From Candidatus Thorarchaeota archaeon (GTDB lineage Archaea > Asgardarchaeota > Thorarchaeia > Thorarchaeales > Thorarchaeaceae), in contig JAGSHN010000015.1 of assembly GCA_029855935.1 (NCBI GenBank), positions 1-19,785 on the forward strand: a stretch of DNA of 19,785 nucleotides, read 5' to 3'. Made by a program: the position numbers and the translations under genes. Below, one piece after another: positions 6,128-15,117 of the stretch; position 1 is the stretch's first letter, and every line of letters starts with the position of its first letter. Under the pieces are notes generated by a model, which was not told the origin of the DNA, ran no database searches, and worked only from the letters and a program-made list of their open reading frames with translations.

Positions 6128-6269
6128 CGCTCCCCCTCCTCTATATAAATGTAGCGGAAAGGCAGGTGTAGGGACATCAGGACCCACGACTTCTCGCGCC
6201 ACCGGAGCGTCAAGCGATCCGCGAGGACACACACCGTCCCACATCCGTCAGGCCCACAGGTGATGAGAG

Positions 6270-7223
6270 ATGGCAACCAAGAGTGAGAGAACCAAGAGGT
6301 CCCGTGACGCGGAGCAGTTCACGTGTCCCGAGTGCGGCGGGCACGAGCTCGTCCAGGACATGGAGAAGGGAGAGAAGATCTGTGCCAGCTGTGGCCTTGT
6401 CATAAGCGATCACAGGATTGACACGGGCCCGGAGTGGAGAGCATTCACGAGAGATGAGAAGGATGCCAGGTCACGCACTGGAGCGCCCACAAACTACTCG
6501 ATCCACGACAAGGGCCTCTCCACGATGATTGACTGGAGGGATCACGACTCTCAGGGACGCAGGTTCTCAGCCAAACGCAGGTCCGAGATCTACAGGATGC
6601 GGAAGTGGCAGATCAGGACGCGAGTTCACAGCTCAGTGGACAGGAATCTTGCGCAGGCCATGACGGAGCTCGACCGGCTTGCCTCTCAGCTCGGTCTGTC
6701 CAAGAGCATAAAGGAGCTGGCAGCCCTGCTGTACAGGAAGCTCATCGTACGCAGGCTCGCACGCAGCAGGTCTATTGATGCGATGGTTGGAGCAGCCATC
6801 TATGCCGCGTGCAGGCTGAGAAGGGCCCCACGCTCACTTGAGGAGATAGCCCGCCACTCCAGAGTCAGCAAGAAGAAGATTGGTCAGCACTACAGGCTCC
6901 TGGTCGAGAAGCTCAAGCTGAGGATGCCTATCTCAGATCCTGCAAACTACGTACCTCGCTTCATAACCCAGCTGGGGCTCCCTGGCGAGGTACAGAAGAA
7001 GGTTCTTGAGATTCTTGACAAGGCCAAACAGAACAGGAGTCTCGTCACCGGCAGAGATCCCAGGGGCCTCGCAGCCGCAGCCATATACATTGCGTCAATT
7101 CTCACTGACCACCGTGTCACGCAGAGAGAGATTGCAATGGCAGCGGGCGTCACTGAGGTAACTGTGCGGAACCGGTACAAGGAGCTCGTACAGAAACTGG
7201 GCATCACGATGCTGCCCACATAG
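6270..7223 (+). CDS. tfb: Transcription initiation factor IIB (TFB)
   Basis: Zn ribbon CPECGG...CASCG, B-reader IDTGPEWRAF, RTGAP...HDKGLST, two cyclin folds, GVTEVTVRNRYKEL. Confidence 0.98.
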   Translation: MATKSERTKRSRDAEQFTCPECGGHELVQDMEKGEKICASCGLVISDHRIDTGPEWRAFTRDEKDARSRTGAPTNYSIHDKGLSTMIDWRDHDSQGRRFSAKRRSEIYRMRKWQIRTRVHSSVDRNLAQAMTELDRLASQLGLSKSIKELAALLYRKLIVRRLARSRSIDAMVGAAIYAACRLRRAPRSLEEIARHSRVSKKKIGQHYRLLVEKLKLRMPISDPANYVPRFITQLGLPGEVQKKVLEILDKAKQNRSLVTGRDPRGLAAAAIYIASILTDHRVTQREIAMAAGVTEVTVRNRYKELVQKLGITMLPT

Positions 7224-7229
7224 AGGGAA

Positions 7230-7290
7230 CAGCGAGGGATGTGACTCCAACTCATCGTCCCTCACTGCCTCTCTCTTCGCTCTTTTTCTC
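7230..7290 (+). terminator. Putative tfb terminator: stem-loop + pyrimidine/T tract
   Basis: GAGGGATG (7234-7241) pairs with CGTCCCTC (7256-7263, one G-U), followed by ctctcttcgctctttttctc. Confidence 0.55.
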
Positions 7291-7488
7291 AGCATCAGGC
7301 TGCGCCCGGATGTTCTTGGGACGTGGCAATGTTCGGTAGAGCAAGAGTCTCATCTATCCCTCCCGTCATCGCCACTACAACAATAACTGGAGGAGGGACC
7401 GTACTCGAGACCAGTTCCAAGTGGCTTGTGATCTCAGTCCCACAGGACAGCCGTCAGACCCGTGTCCCGAGTCGGCCCGCGTACCGTG

Positions 7489-9405
7489 TCACCGGTTCCT
7501 CTCCCGTTCGCGCCTGACAGTCTCGGCGGCTGCAACGACGAAGACCGAGAGACCCACACCAAGGGCCACCATTGGCGCAATGTTGGCGGGGGAGACCGGA
7601 GAGGTTGAGAACCTGTCGACGACCAAGCCAAGCCTGCCATCGCCCAGCTCTGCGAAGTAGGCGATGTACGCCACGTCTCCAGAGAGCAAAGAGTTGACCG
7701 TCGCCCATCTGGGATTCTCGACTGACAGCCCGAGAGTGATGTTGTCAACGGGTAGCAGATTGGTCGATAGCCGGCTCATCAGGCACTTGGTCCCGTTTCC
7801 CGTCGCAACGCCCAAGACTGCGCGGGTCACGCCGTTGTCGTCCCCACTCATTCCAACAACATATGCGCCAGCGCTACCATCGAGGATCTCTCCGCCACCA
7901 AATGAGATTGTGCTGTTGACAACTAACTCGCCCGCCGGAGATAGAAGCGACAGGCGGATTGCTCCGCCATCATCACGAACGACGATCACATTCCCATCTG
8001 GTCGGCAGGCGGCACTCCGAACCTGAATGCTACGGCTCCAGTCCAGCTCTCCTGACGGCGATATCCTGTACAGCGCAAAGCCCGCGGAGGCGTACACGCT
8101 GCCATCGGGGCCGGCGATCAGACTGAGTACAGGCTCCTCTGTCTGTACAGACCACACAAGGCTGCCGTCGGACGAGAGGCGCTCAACGGTCCAGAGGGAC
8201 TCGCGTCCAACATCCCTCATCACGCCGACAACGAATCCTCCGTCAGGGAGAGCAGCTGCCACCTCGCAATAGGCCAATGCGCCAAGGTCATAGTCCCATC
8301 CTCCGGCCAGTGTTCCGTCGGGAGCGTATCGCCACAGACGCAGGATACTCTTGTTGGCGACTGGGTCGTGGATGATGCCAAGGACGTTGGCCGTCCCCGA
8401 GTATGAGGAGATGGCAAGGAATCGTGAATCTCCGGTCGCAAGGGTGCGATTCCATTCCAGTGCCAAGGAGCTACCGTACTTGAGAAGGAAGACAGTCGGC
8501 TCTGAATCCTCGGTCACGCCCTGGCTTGCAACGTAGAGGCCACGGTCATCGGCCTCCGCCATCCCAATCGATCTCGCTGTAAGCTGAAATGCTCCCCACT
8601 TTGTCGACCAAGTCGGATGAATGGTCGGACCGAGCGTGAACGGCGGTTCGGAAACCACATACTCCGCCTCACCGTATATCCTCGTTATCTCCACGGAAAC
8701 GGACCCATCCCAGGAGGTCTCGTTTTCCCTGAAGTCCGGGTCGGGAGTCAGCCCAACAATGACATCTATCTTGGCCGGCGAGTCCGGACCGCCCTCGCCT
8801 CTGGCCGCAGGCGTATTGTCGAAGGCAACGGAGATCTCACTGCTGAAGGCATACCCTCCAAACCTTCCATTGTCAATATCGGGGGGATATGCCCTGCCAA
8901 TGAGAACCCAGTCCCCTGAGGGGCCTGCAAGCCACATCCGGACATTGAACATAGACCTACCGGGCTCCGTGCTGAAGTCGCCATCCACTGTCACTGCAAG
9001 ATCCACAGTGAGATACATCAGAGTGGGCGTGTTCTTCTCAGTCCATTCAAACTCGGACAACATATACACGAAGTCGAGAGTCGGTGGCAAGTCTGGGTCC
9101 CAGCTTGCGCCCGATCTCCACTGAAGGCTCTCCCCGCTGTGATTCCAACGGAGCTCAACCGTGCCTCCTCCTGAGCCGCCCGGTAGCGGATGATAGAAAC
9201 CAGAGAAGACACCAGCGGACCCCTCAACGCGAATCTCCGGCTCCTGCGGAAACAACGTCTCGTTGATGATGGCCTCCACAGTCTGGAAAGCGGGTGTTGG
9301 CGGACCATCGGTGAGGCCCAGAGCATCCACGTGGATCGGACCAACACCAATTGCCAGCAGAACTCCAAACACAACGACGGCGAATCTGACCCTAGAGCAT
9401 CTCAA
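7489..9405 (-). CDS. Membrane-anchored surface glycoprotein: N-terminal unknown domain + beta-propeller-like repeats + C-terminal TM
   Basis: TTG start with GGTGA RBS; signal peptide (RVRFAVVVFGVLLAIGVG); repeated G-x-L-x-W blade motifs (ALEWNRT, GSLVWSV, GELDWSR); many N-x-S/T sequons; TM VALGVGLSVFVVAAA + basic tail. Confidence 0.85.
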   Translation of the reverse strand: MRCSRVRFAVVVFGVLLAIGVGPIHVDALGLTDGPPTPAFQTVEAIINETLFPQEPEIRVEGSAGVFSGFYHPLPGGSGGGTVELRWNHSGESLQWRSGASWDPDLPPTLDFVYMLSEFEWTEKNTPTLMYLTVDLAVTVDGDFSTEPGRSMFNVRMWLAGPSGDWVLIGRAYPPDIDNGRFGGYAFSSEISVAFDNTPAARGEGGPDSPAKIDVIVGLTPDPDFRENETSWDGSVSVEITRIYGEAEYVVSEPPFTLGPTIHPTWSTKWGAFQLTARSIGMAEADDRGLYVASQGVTEDSEPTVFLLKYGSSLALEWNRTLATGDSRFLAISSYSGTANVLGIIHDPVANKSILRLWRYAPDGTLAGGWDYDLGALAYCEVAAALPDGGFVVGVMRDVGRESLWTVERLSSDGSLVWSVQTEEPVLSLIAGPDGSVYASAGFALYRISPSGELDWSRSIQVRSAACRPDGNVIVVRDDGGAIRLSLLSPAGELVVNSTISFGGGEILDGSAGAYVVGMSGDDNGVTRAVLGVATGNGTKCLMSRLSTNLLPVDNITLGLSVENPRWATVNSLLSGDVAYIAYFAELGDGRLGLVVDRFSTSPVSPANIAPMVALGVGLSVFVVAAAETVRRERERNR

Positions 9406-9671
9406 AGCACACTCACCATCTTGTGATAGTCAGTACCGGACGCGCGCGTAGGAACTGACGTGCCAAGAGTAGCCTGTTGTTGCATGCTCTCAGCGACGTA
9501 GATGGCTGACTGTACACTCCTCAGCGCGGCCTCCAGTGCAGCTATCCCTCGCTCGCGTCGAACACATAAAAACAGTGTGTCCTGAGCAGCAGAGATATTC
9601 CCATTTGCAGGGCCGTCCAGTCCTGCCTTCCAGTGCCAGAGCTTGTGTCGAGGGGTATCGAGTGCTGGGGA

Positions 9672-11036
9672 CTACGATAGAGATGTCTTTCTTCGTCGCA
9701 CTAGTACGATGGCCACGACGAGAACACCAGCAGCCAGTAGCCCCAGATAGGGGGCGATACCGAGAGGTGCAGCGGGGCCAGCGAAGAAGAGCGCGATGCG
9801 GATATCCGAACCTCCGGTGGTCTCGCCAGTGGCCGACATCACTGCCAAGTACCCGTTTCCCCCTCTTGCCAAGCAGGTTCCTGCCCAGCCATCAAGATAG
9901 GCGCCTGGCGTCTCTATCGTCCAGTTTCCAACGACACTCAAGTCCGTGTCGAGATGGTAGAGCAGCGACTCATTCAAGCCAAGTGAGTTGACGGTCAACA
10001 ACATCCAGACGCTGCTGTCACTGTCGTCGAGTATTGCCGCCCGGGGGTAGATCTTCTCATCGGGCGGGATGGCCATTCCGAGTGGTCGAATGTCCATCTC
10101 GCGTTCAAGAGCCACTCCTCCATCCTCGTTGATTGTACTAAGCAGCAGTGGCCGTCCCGCTGTTGATACAAGCAGGACACCGCCACCCTGAAGTGAAACG
10201 ACGTGAGATATCTCCTCTTGATGTTCCCACGCGACAGTCCCGTCGACCGACAGTGCCGTGAGACAGGTCCTGTTGGCAGCGTACAGGAGATTCGATGACA
10301 GGTCAGGAACCAATTCACAGCCCGTGAAGACTCCGCTCAGAATCGTAGTTATGCGGTAGCCTCCACCCTCCGTCAGTCGGCTGACGTAGAGGAGAGACGT
10401 ACCTGATGGGGCCACACTGCGAACGGCAATAGCGAAACCGCCCTCAGGCAACGCGCATACGTCGAGGACCTTTTCGGCACCTCCCAAGTCAGTTTTCGTC
10501 TCCCAGTAGCGCACACCGTCGAGGTTCAAGCAGGTGACCATCACATCGGTTGGGGTATGATTCGTGGGAACGTCATGAATTGTTGTGCACACGAGGATGT
10601 GATTGCTGCTAACAGCGAGGGGACCGCCCTCACCCTCAAGAGTCAGTGACCACACAGAAACAAGGTTCCAATCCAGGCGGTCAACCAGTGTCCAATACCC
10701 ACTCGGGTCACTGTACGTCCGGACCACGACAAGGCCATCATCAACTGCCGCAAGGGCAACAGGTCTGTCGAGCACCCCGGGCTGTCCTGTCACGAGCGTG
10801 ATGTCAGGAGCGAGAGTCGGCTCCGCACAGACTCCCTGACCACAGGGCACAGCATCGCGCCAGGCAGACGCGAGACGTGGGCCAAGATGCCCATTGACGG
10901 CCCATGACCACGGTGTCCCACAACAGCCATAGAAGAGGGGCATCTCGATTGTGACAACCAAAACAATGATGACAGGAATGAAGAACAACACGCATCTTCG
11001 CAAGAGTGTACCCACCCCGGGCGCGCGCCGTCCCAC
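9672..11036 (-). CDS. Membrane-anchored beta-propeller-like surface protein (shorter paralog)
   Basis: N-terminal hydrophobic segment (CVLFFIPVIIVLVVTI); blade motifs LVSVWSL, GVRYWET, GTVAWEH, VGNWTI; C-terminal TM + RRRK. The true start may be a few codons downstream. Confidence 0.8.
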   Translation of the reverse strand: MGRRAPGVGTLLRRCVLFFIPVIIVLVVTIEMPLFYGCCGTPWSWAVNGHLGPRLASAWRDAVPCGQGVCAEPTLAPDITLVTGQPGVLDRPVALAAVDDGLVVVRTYSDPSGYWTLVDRLDWNLVSVWSLTLEGEGGPLAVSSNHILVCTTIHDVPTNHTPTDVMVTCLNLDGVRYWETKTDLGGAEKVLDVCALPEGGFAIAVRSVAPSGTSLLYVSRLTEGGGYRITTILSGVFTGCELVPDLSSNLLYAANRTCLTALSVDGTVAWEHQEEISHVVSLQGGGVLLVSTAGRPLLLSTINEDGGVALEREMDIRPLGMAIPPDEKIYPRAAILDDSDSSVWMLLTVNSLGLNESLLYHLDTDLSVVGNWTIETPGAYLDGWAGTCLARGGNGYLAVMSATGETTGGSDIRIALFFAGPAAPLGIAPYLGLLAAGVLVVAIVLVRRRKTSLS

Positions 11037-11144
11037 GCGCGGTAGAACGGAGCACGACGAGGTGGCGACCCGATGCCCAATATATCTTCTTCGGCACGGA
11101 ATTCAGCGCGGACTGCGCGTCGGCACGTCTAGCAGGAGACGGAA

Positions 11145-11741
11145 CTAGACACTCTCAGTGCGTCGTTCGATGCGGTCCAGCTCCTCAAAGAATGATCTGC
11201 AGAGGAAAGCCCTGTACTTGAATCCGCCCCATCCAGAGCGGAGCATCGCACGTTCGACCTCACCAAGGAGTTCATCGCGGGTCATCAGTGTGACAGCATA
11301 TATCTCCTGCTTGTCGGTGATGTGCAGATCACCGCCAATCGCCTGGGCGAGAAAGACAAGCGAGCGCCACGGGATAGTCGCATCAGAGCATCTGACGAGG
11401 AGGTGGACATCAAGCACGAATCTGCGGAGCTCAATGTCCATACCCGTCTCCTCGCGCATCTCCCGTATTGCAGCCTCCTCTACCGACTCGCCGGGGTTGG
11501 CCCCTCCAGACGGCGCCCTGAAGATGGGTGTATCTGCATAGTCGTGCTTCTGGATGACGACAAAGCGATTGCCGTGCCGGATGAAACAGGTGATGTCGTG
11601 GTGGCGACCCTTCGATGCACTGCGTTTGACCAGCTCGCACTCAAAGTCGAGAAAATCTGCCTCGAACCGAAGGACCTTGGGTCGACCATACCGCTGGATG
11701 AGTCGTTCAATCTCCCTCTCTGAGGGGTCGCCTGTCGACAT
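11145..11741 (-). CDS. Nudix hydrolase
   Basis: Nudix box GGANPGESVEEAAIREMREETGM (G-x5-E-x7-RE-x2-EE-x-G); GGTGA RBS upstream of ATG. Confidence 0.93.
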   Translation of the reverse strand: MSTGDPSEREIERLIQRYGRPKVLRFEADFLDFECELVKRSASKGRHHDITCFIRHGNRFVVIQKHDYADTPIFRAPSGGANPGESVEEAAIREMREETGMDIELRRFVLDVHLLVRCSDATIPWRSLVFLAQAIGGDLHITDKQEIYAVTLMTRDELLGEVERAMLRSGWGGFKYRAFLCRSFFEELDRIERRTESV

Positions 11742-11825
11742 CGTTCGTCACCGCCTCCTCTCAGCAAGCGAGCTCCCAGCAGCCGAAGCGGGTCGGGATC
11801 CAGCCCGCGGAGGGGCGCTCACAAC

Positions 11826-13862
11826 TCAACCGTCATCATCGGTTTCGGTCGTCTCCGGCTTGGGTTCCGTGTCTGGCACTGTGACCTCCTCTCCTGCCGG
11901 AGAGGCCATCACATCCGCGCCAGTGGGCTCCTCGCCCTCCCGGACCCGACGCGGCCTGAAATACTTGACGCGAACCGTGTCAATGGCCACGACTGCAATC
12001 ACGACAAGACTCGCCCCGACAGCTATCGTTGGCAATAGGCGGACGACATTAAGGCCCGAGCTGAATCGGAAGAGCTGATAGACGACCTGAATCTCGCCCT
12101 GGTCATCGGAGGACGAGTACACAACGGCAACACCATCGGGAGTGACACCGAGTCGGACTGTATACAGTATAGGATTGTTGACAAGCCCCGGGAGGGTCCA
12201 GTTGCCGAGAATGTTCAGATCCTTGTCGAGTCTGTAGAGATAGGCCGCACCAAACCAGATTCTTGAGAGCCCCACCACGTAGAACGTGCCATCAGCAGAA
12301 GCGGCAAGGCCAGTCAAGTCATTATCATCCCACATATCAGGTGAGATGTCGCTGTACTCTCGAACCACCGCCCTAGATGAGATGGGGGCGCCTGCTCGTG
12401 ATACGATATCCACATTGTTCCCCCTCTCGGGGCTGGCGAGAACAAGAGGGCCATCAGGAAGGACTATGATGGCCGATGGCAGAGACATCATCTCCCACAC
12501 CTTGTTGCCCTCACTGTCGAATCGGACTATGTGCGAGTTGCCAACCAGATAGATGTTGTCGTTCTCGTCGACACACATCCTAGTCAGTGCGTCATTCTCA
12601 TACTGCGCAGTCCATATTGTCTCATTCGTCAGCGAAAGTCTAGTCACCGCGGACCTTGGAAAACTGCCCATCACAGCGGTGACCACGACAATGGAGCCAT
12701 CAGACAGGGGCGCGGCCGTGATTCTAGAGATCTCTGGGTCAGTTGGCCGTGTCCAGCTGGACTGCTCCTGTCCGTCGCCGTTCCAGATGCTCACAAACAG
12801 GGAATCGGCGTAGGCCAAGCTCGCCACGGCACCGACAACAATGACCCGTTGCCCCTGAACGATGACCGAGAATGGAATCATATCACCGTACGTTGTGAGA
12901 TTGCGTTGCCACACAAGATTGCCCTGAGGACCAACCTTTGCTAGAAAGCCCAACCACTTCCCCGCGACAATGAACGTTGCGCCAGCGATGTAGCACGAGC
13001 CGTCGGTCGCATCCACCGTCATCGATGTTATCACGTCGGTGTAGTTCCTCAGCCCGAACTCCACGGTGGCCGCAGGCGTGAGCGTCGGTGACAAATCGTC
13101 ATCTTCCGTCTGTACCAATGCCTCTCCACGAAACTGGTCAATGATGAACTCGACTCTACCATTCGTGGTCGTGTCAAGACCACGGAACGAGCTTGCCGGG
13201 CCCAGGCCCAGCGCGATTGTAATCTCGGGGTTGTCCGCGCTCTTCAGAGCAGCGCCGAAGGTCTCATTGACCTGCACCGCATCCAACGCAATTGTGCGCA
13301 TTTGAGGTCGGTCAAAGTCGTACGGTGGAGACGACTTGTACACGAGATGCCAGTCCGTCCCACCCGTTATCAGCCACAGGTAGAGATGGTAGTACAACTG
13401 CTGGCCAGTGGTACCAGCAAAGTCACCGGTGGCACTAACCGAGAAAGTGAGCTGGAAGTCAACTCTTGTGGGCGTGACACTTTGAGACCACTGAAAGCTC
13501 TTCGTGAAGTAGACATAGTCCAGAGCTGGAGGCAGGGGCGAGCCAGCGCCCCATCCCTGATCCCAGTCCAGCTCCTCGCCGGAGTGGTACCAGTGCAGTA
13601 CAACAATACCATCAGACTCATTCTCAGGGTTGACCATCTGCTGACCACCAAAGTCGCTGCGGCTTCCCTCTCGCACTATATTCACAGTGTCCCGCAGTTC
13701 CGGGTCGTCAATCAGTCGGACAATACTTCCTCCCGAGGATCTATGCCCACTCGCCGTCTGGACTGTAGCATTGGCAGGAACGGCCGAAGTGACAAGAAGC
13801 AGGAGGACAGCGGACAAGAGAATCTTACTCAACTTCTTGCTCAAGGCGTGCTTTTCCTCCAA
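11826..13862 (-). CDS. Membrane-anchored surface glycoprotein, paralog of 7489-9405, with acidic cytoplasmic tail
   Basis: Signal peptide (KILLSAVLLLLVTSAVPANA); N-domain VLHWYHSGEELDW...LPPALDYVYF matches ELRWNHSGESLQW...LPPTLDFVYM; blade motifs GNLVWQRN, ETIWTA, GNKVWE, LGNWTL; TM then E/D/P/T-rich tail. Confidence 0.87.
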   Translation of the reverse strand: MEEKHALSKKLSKILLSAVLLLLVTSAVPANATVQTASGHRSSGGSIVRLIDDPELRDTVNIVREGSRSDFGGQQMVNPENESDGIVVLHWYHSGEELDWDQGWGAGSPLPPALDYVYFTKSFQWSQSVTPTRVDFQLTFSVSATGDFAGTTGQQLYYHLYLWLITGGTDWHLVYKSSPPYDFDRPQMRTIALDAVQVNETFGAALKSADNPEITIALGLGPASSFRGLDTTTNGRVEFIIDQFRGEALVQTEDDDLSPTLTPAATVEFGLRNYTDVITSMTVDATDGSCYIAGATFIVAGKWLGFLAKVGPQGNLVWQRNLTTYGDMIPFSVIVQGQRVIVVGAVASLAYADSLFVSIWNGDGQEQSSWTRPTDPEISRITAAPLSDGSIVVVTAVMGSFPRSAVTRLSLTNETIWTAQYENDALTRMCVDENDNIYLVGNSHIVRFDSEGNKVWEMMSLPSAIIVLPDGPLVLASPERGNNVDIVSRAGAPISSRAVVREYSDISPDMWDDNDLTGLAASADGTFYVVGLSRIWFGAAYLYRLDKDLNILGNWTLPGLVNNPILYTVRLGVTPDGVAVVYSSSDDQGEIQVVYQLFRFSSGLNVVRLLPTIAVGASLVVIAVVAIDTVRVKYFRPRRVREGEEPTGADVMASPAGEEVTVPDTEPKPETTETDDDG

Positions 13863-13910
13863 ACCAACAGGGCATCACAAAACGCCTGTTGGCCCGCCTC
13901 CGAATATGGC

Positions 13911-13926
13911 ATTATTATTCTTTCGG
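13911..13926 (-). promoter_or_regulatory. Possible BRE + AT-rich TATA-like promoter for the 13862 gene
   Basis: Minus strand CCGAAAGAATAATAAT, about 50 nt upstream of the TTG; the TATA element is non-canonical. Confidence 0.4.
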
Positions 13927-14036
13927 ACGCAGAAAGGCGGTGATGACTACAGCCTCGAAAGACCAGACAATCCGTGACTCACATAAGAGTATGAGACCAA
14001 GTTCTCAATAGCAGTAGCCAAGGAGTGTGTGCTGGA

Positions 14037-14567
14037 GTGGTAAGGGTCTGCTCTCTGGATATCGAAGTAGTGACGGGAGATATCACAGAACTCGATGTTG
14101 ACGCCATAGTCAATGCTGCCAACTCAGATCTCTGGATGGGAGCGGGTGTCGCGGGAGCTATCAAACGCAAGGGCGGCACCGAGATTGAGAGGGAGGCAAT
14201 GTCGAAGGGGCCCATCGAGCCGGGAGAGGCCGTCATCACAGGCGCAGGGAGGCTTAGGGCCCGATACGTGATCCACTGTGCGGGGATGCCACCCGGCCGC
14301 CCGGCCACCGTCAACTACGTACGTTCGTCTGTATCACACGCGATGGAGCTGGCCAAGGAGCACGGCGTGAGCGAGATCGCATTCCCGGCCATTGGGGCTG
14401 GTGTCGGAGGCCTGTCGGTCAACGAGTCGGCACAGGCGATACTTGAGGGACTGAGGGCCCATTGCGATGACCCAGGCCCCGTGAGGCGGGTCCTTCTTGT
14501 GGGATACACAGCGGACTCTGCCAAGGCCCTTGAGAGCGTGCTCACCGACTTTGCTCAGGGAGAGTGA
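14037..14567 (+). CDS. Macrodomain protein (ADP-ribose-binding / O-acetyl-ADP-ribose deacetylase family)
   Basis: GDIT, DAIVNAAN, GAGVAGAI, VIH, IAFPAIGAGVGG motifs all present. Start GTG 14037 preferred (AGGAGTG RBS upstream); the track gives 14025. Confidence 0.93.
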   Translation: MVRVCSLDIEVVTGDITELDVDAIVNAANSDLWMGAGVAGAIKRKGGTEIEREAMSKGPIEPGEAVITGAGRLRARYVIHCAGMPPGRPATVNYVRSSVSHAMELAKEHGVSEIAFPAIGAGVGGLSVNESAQAILEGLRAHCDDPGPVRRVLLVGYTADSAKALESVLTDFAQGE

Positions 14568-14570
14568 CAG

Positions 14571-15101
14571 ATGACGAGACGCGAGTGGCACCTAGGAAGA
14601 TGCACTGTGGAGCTGCTCACTGGAGATGAGGAGCAGCAGCAAGTGGATCTCCGTGTGTACTCCGAGGTGCCACTGCCTCTGGGCCTCTCGTGGTCGGGGC
14701 CGTTTCCGACGATGACCCCAGCGAAACCACTGACTCTCACGGACAGGGGCACGGTTGTGGTCAGAGACGCCGCGGAGAGCGCACCGGACGAGATGAAATG
14801 GCCCGACCTGCACCTTGGAGCAGTGGATGTCAAGCGAGAGATCTATAGGACCACCGCTGATGCTCTGCACAGAGCTGAGGAGAGACGGCTCAAGAGGGTG
14901 GGCTTCCACACCGCAGGACTTGAGGCCTATCTGTTGCCAGACTGGATGATCGCCGAGGGTATCGTGAGAGCCGTCTACGAATATGGACTGCGGACAGGAC
15001 CGGAGATCACGGTCGTCATAGTCGTGAGCCGCGGGACTCAGTTCGATGCGTTCGTGTTCACGCTCAACAACGCGCCCCTCACACTGGCAGACGACTGGTG
15101 A
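14571..15101 (+). CDS. Hypothetical protein, likely a degenerate macrodomain-fold paralog
   Basis: Starts 3 nt after the macro gene stop. VELLTGD~IEVVTGD, ALHRAEERRLKRVGF~AMELAKEHGVSEIAF, AEGIVRAV~AQAILEGL; lacks NAAN and both Gly-rich loops. Confidence 0.7.
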   Translation: MTRREWHLGRCTVELLTGDEEQQQVDLRVYSEVPLPLGLSWSGPFPTMTPAKPLTLTDRGTVVVRDAAESAPDEMKWPDLHLGAVDVKREIYRTTADALHRAEERRLKRVGFHTAGLEAYLLPDWMIAEGIVRAVYEYGLRTGPEITVVIVVSRGTQFDAFVFTLNNAPLTLADDW

Positions 15102-15117
15102 ACATTCCGACAACGTC

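Noticed and set aside
5823-6263. 146-aa plus-strand ORF (and 5786-6064 minus ORF) in the feo-tfb gap
   Set aside because: It runs through the repeats, the BRE/TATA and the leader, with no recognisable protein features. A GGTGA directly at the start is not spaced as an RBS.
13940-14000. C/D-box sRNA suggested by GTGATGA at 13940-13946
   Set aside because: No CTGA D box within the expected distance.
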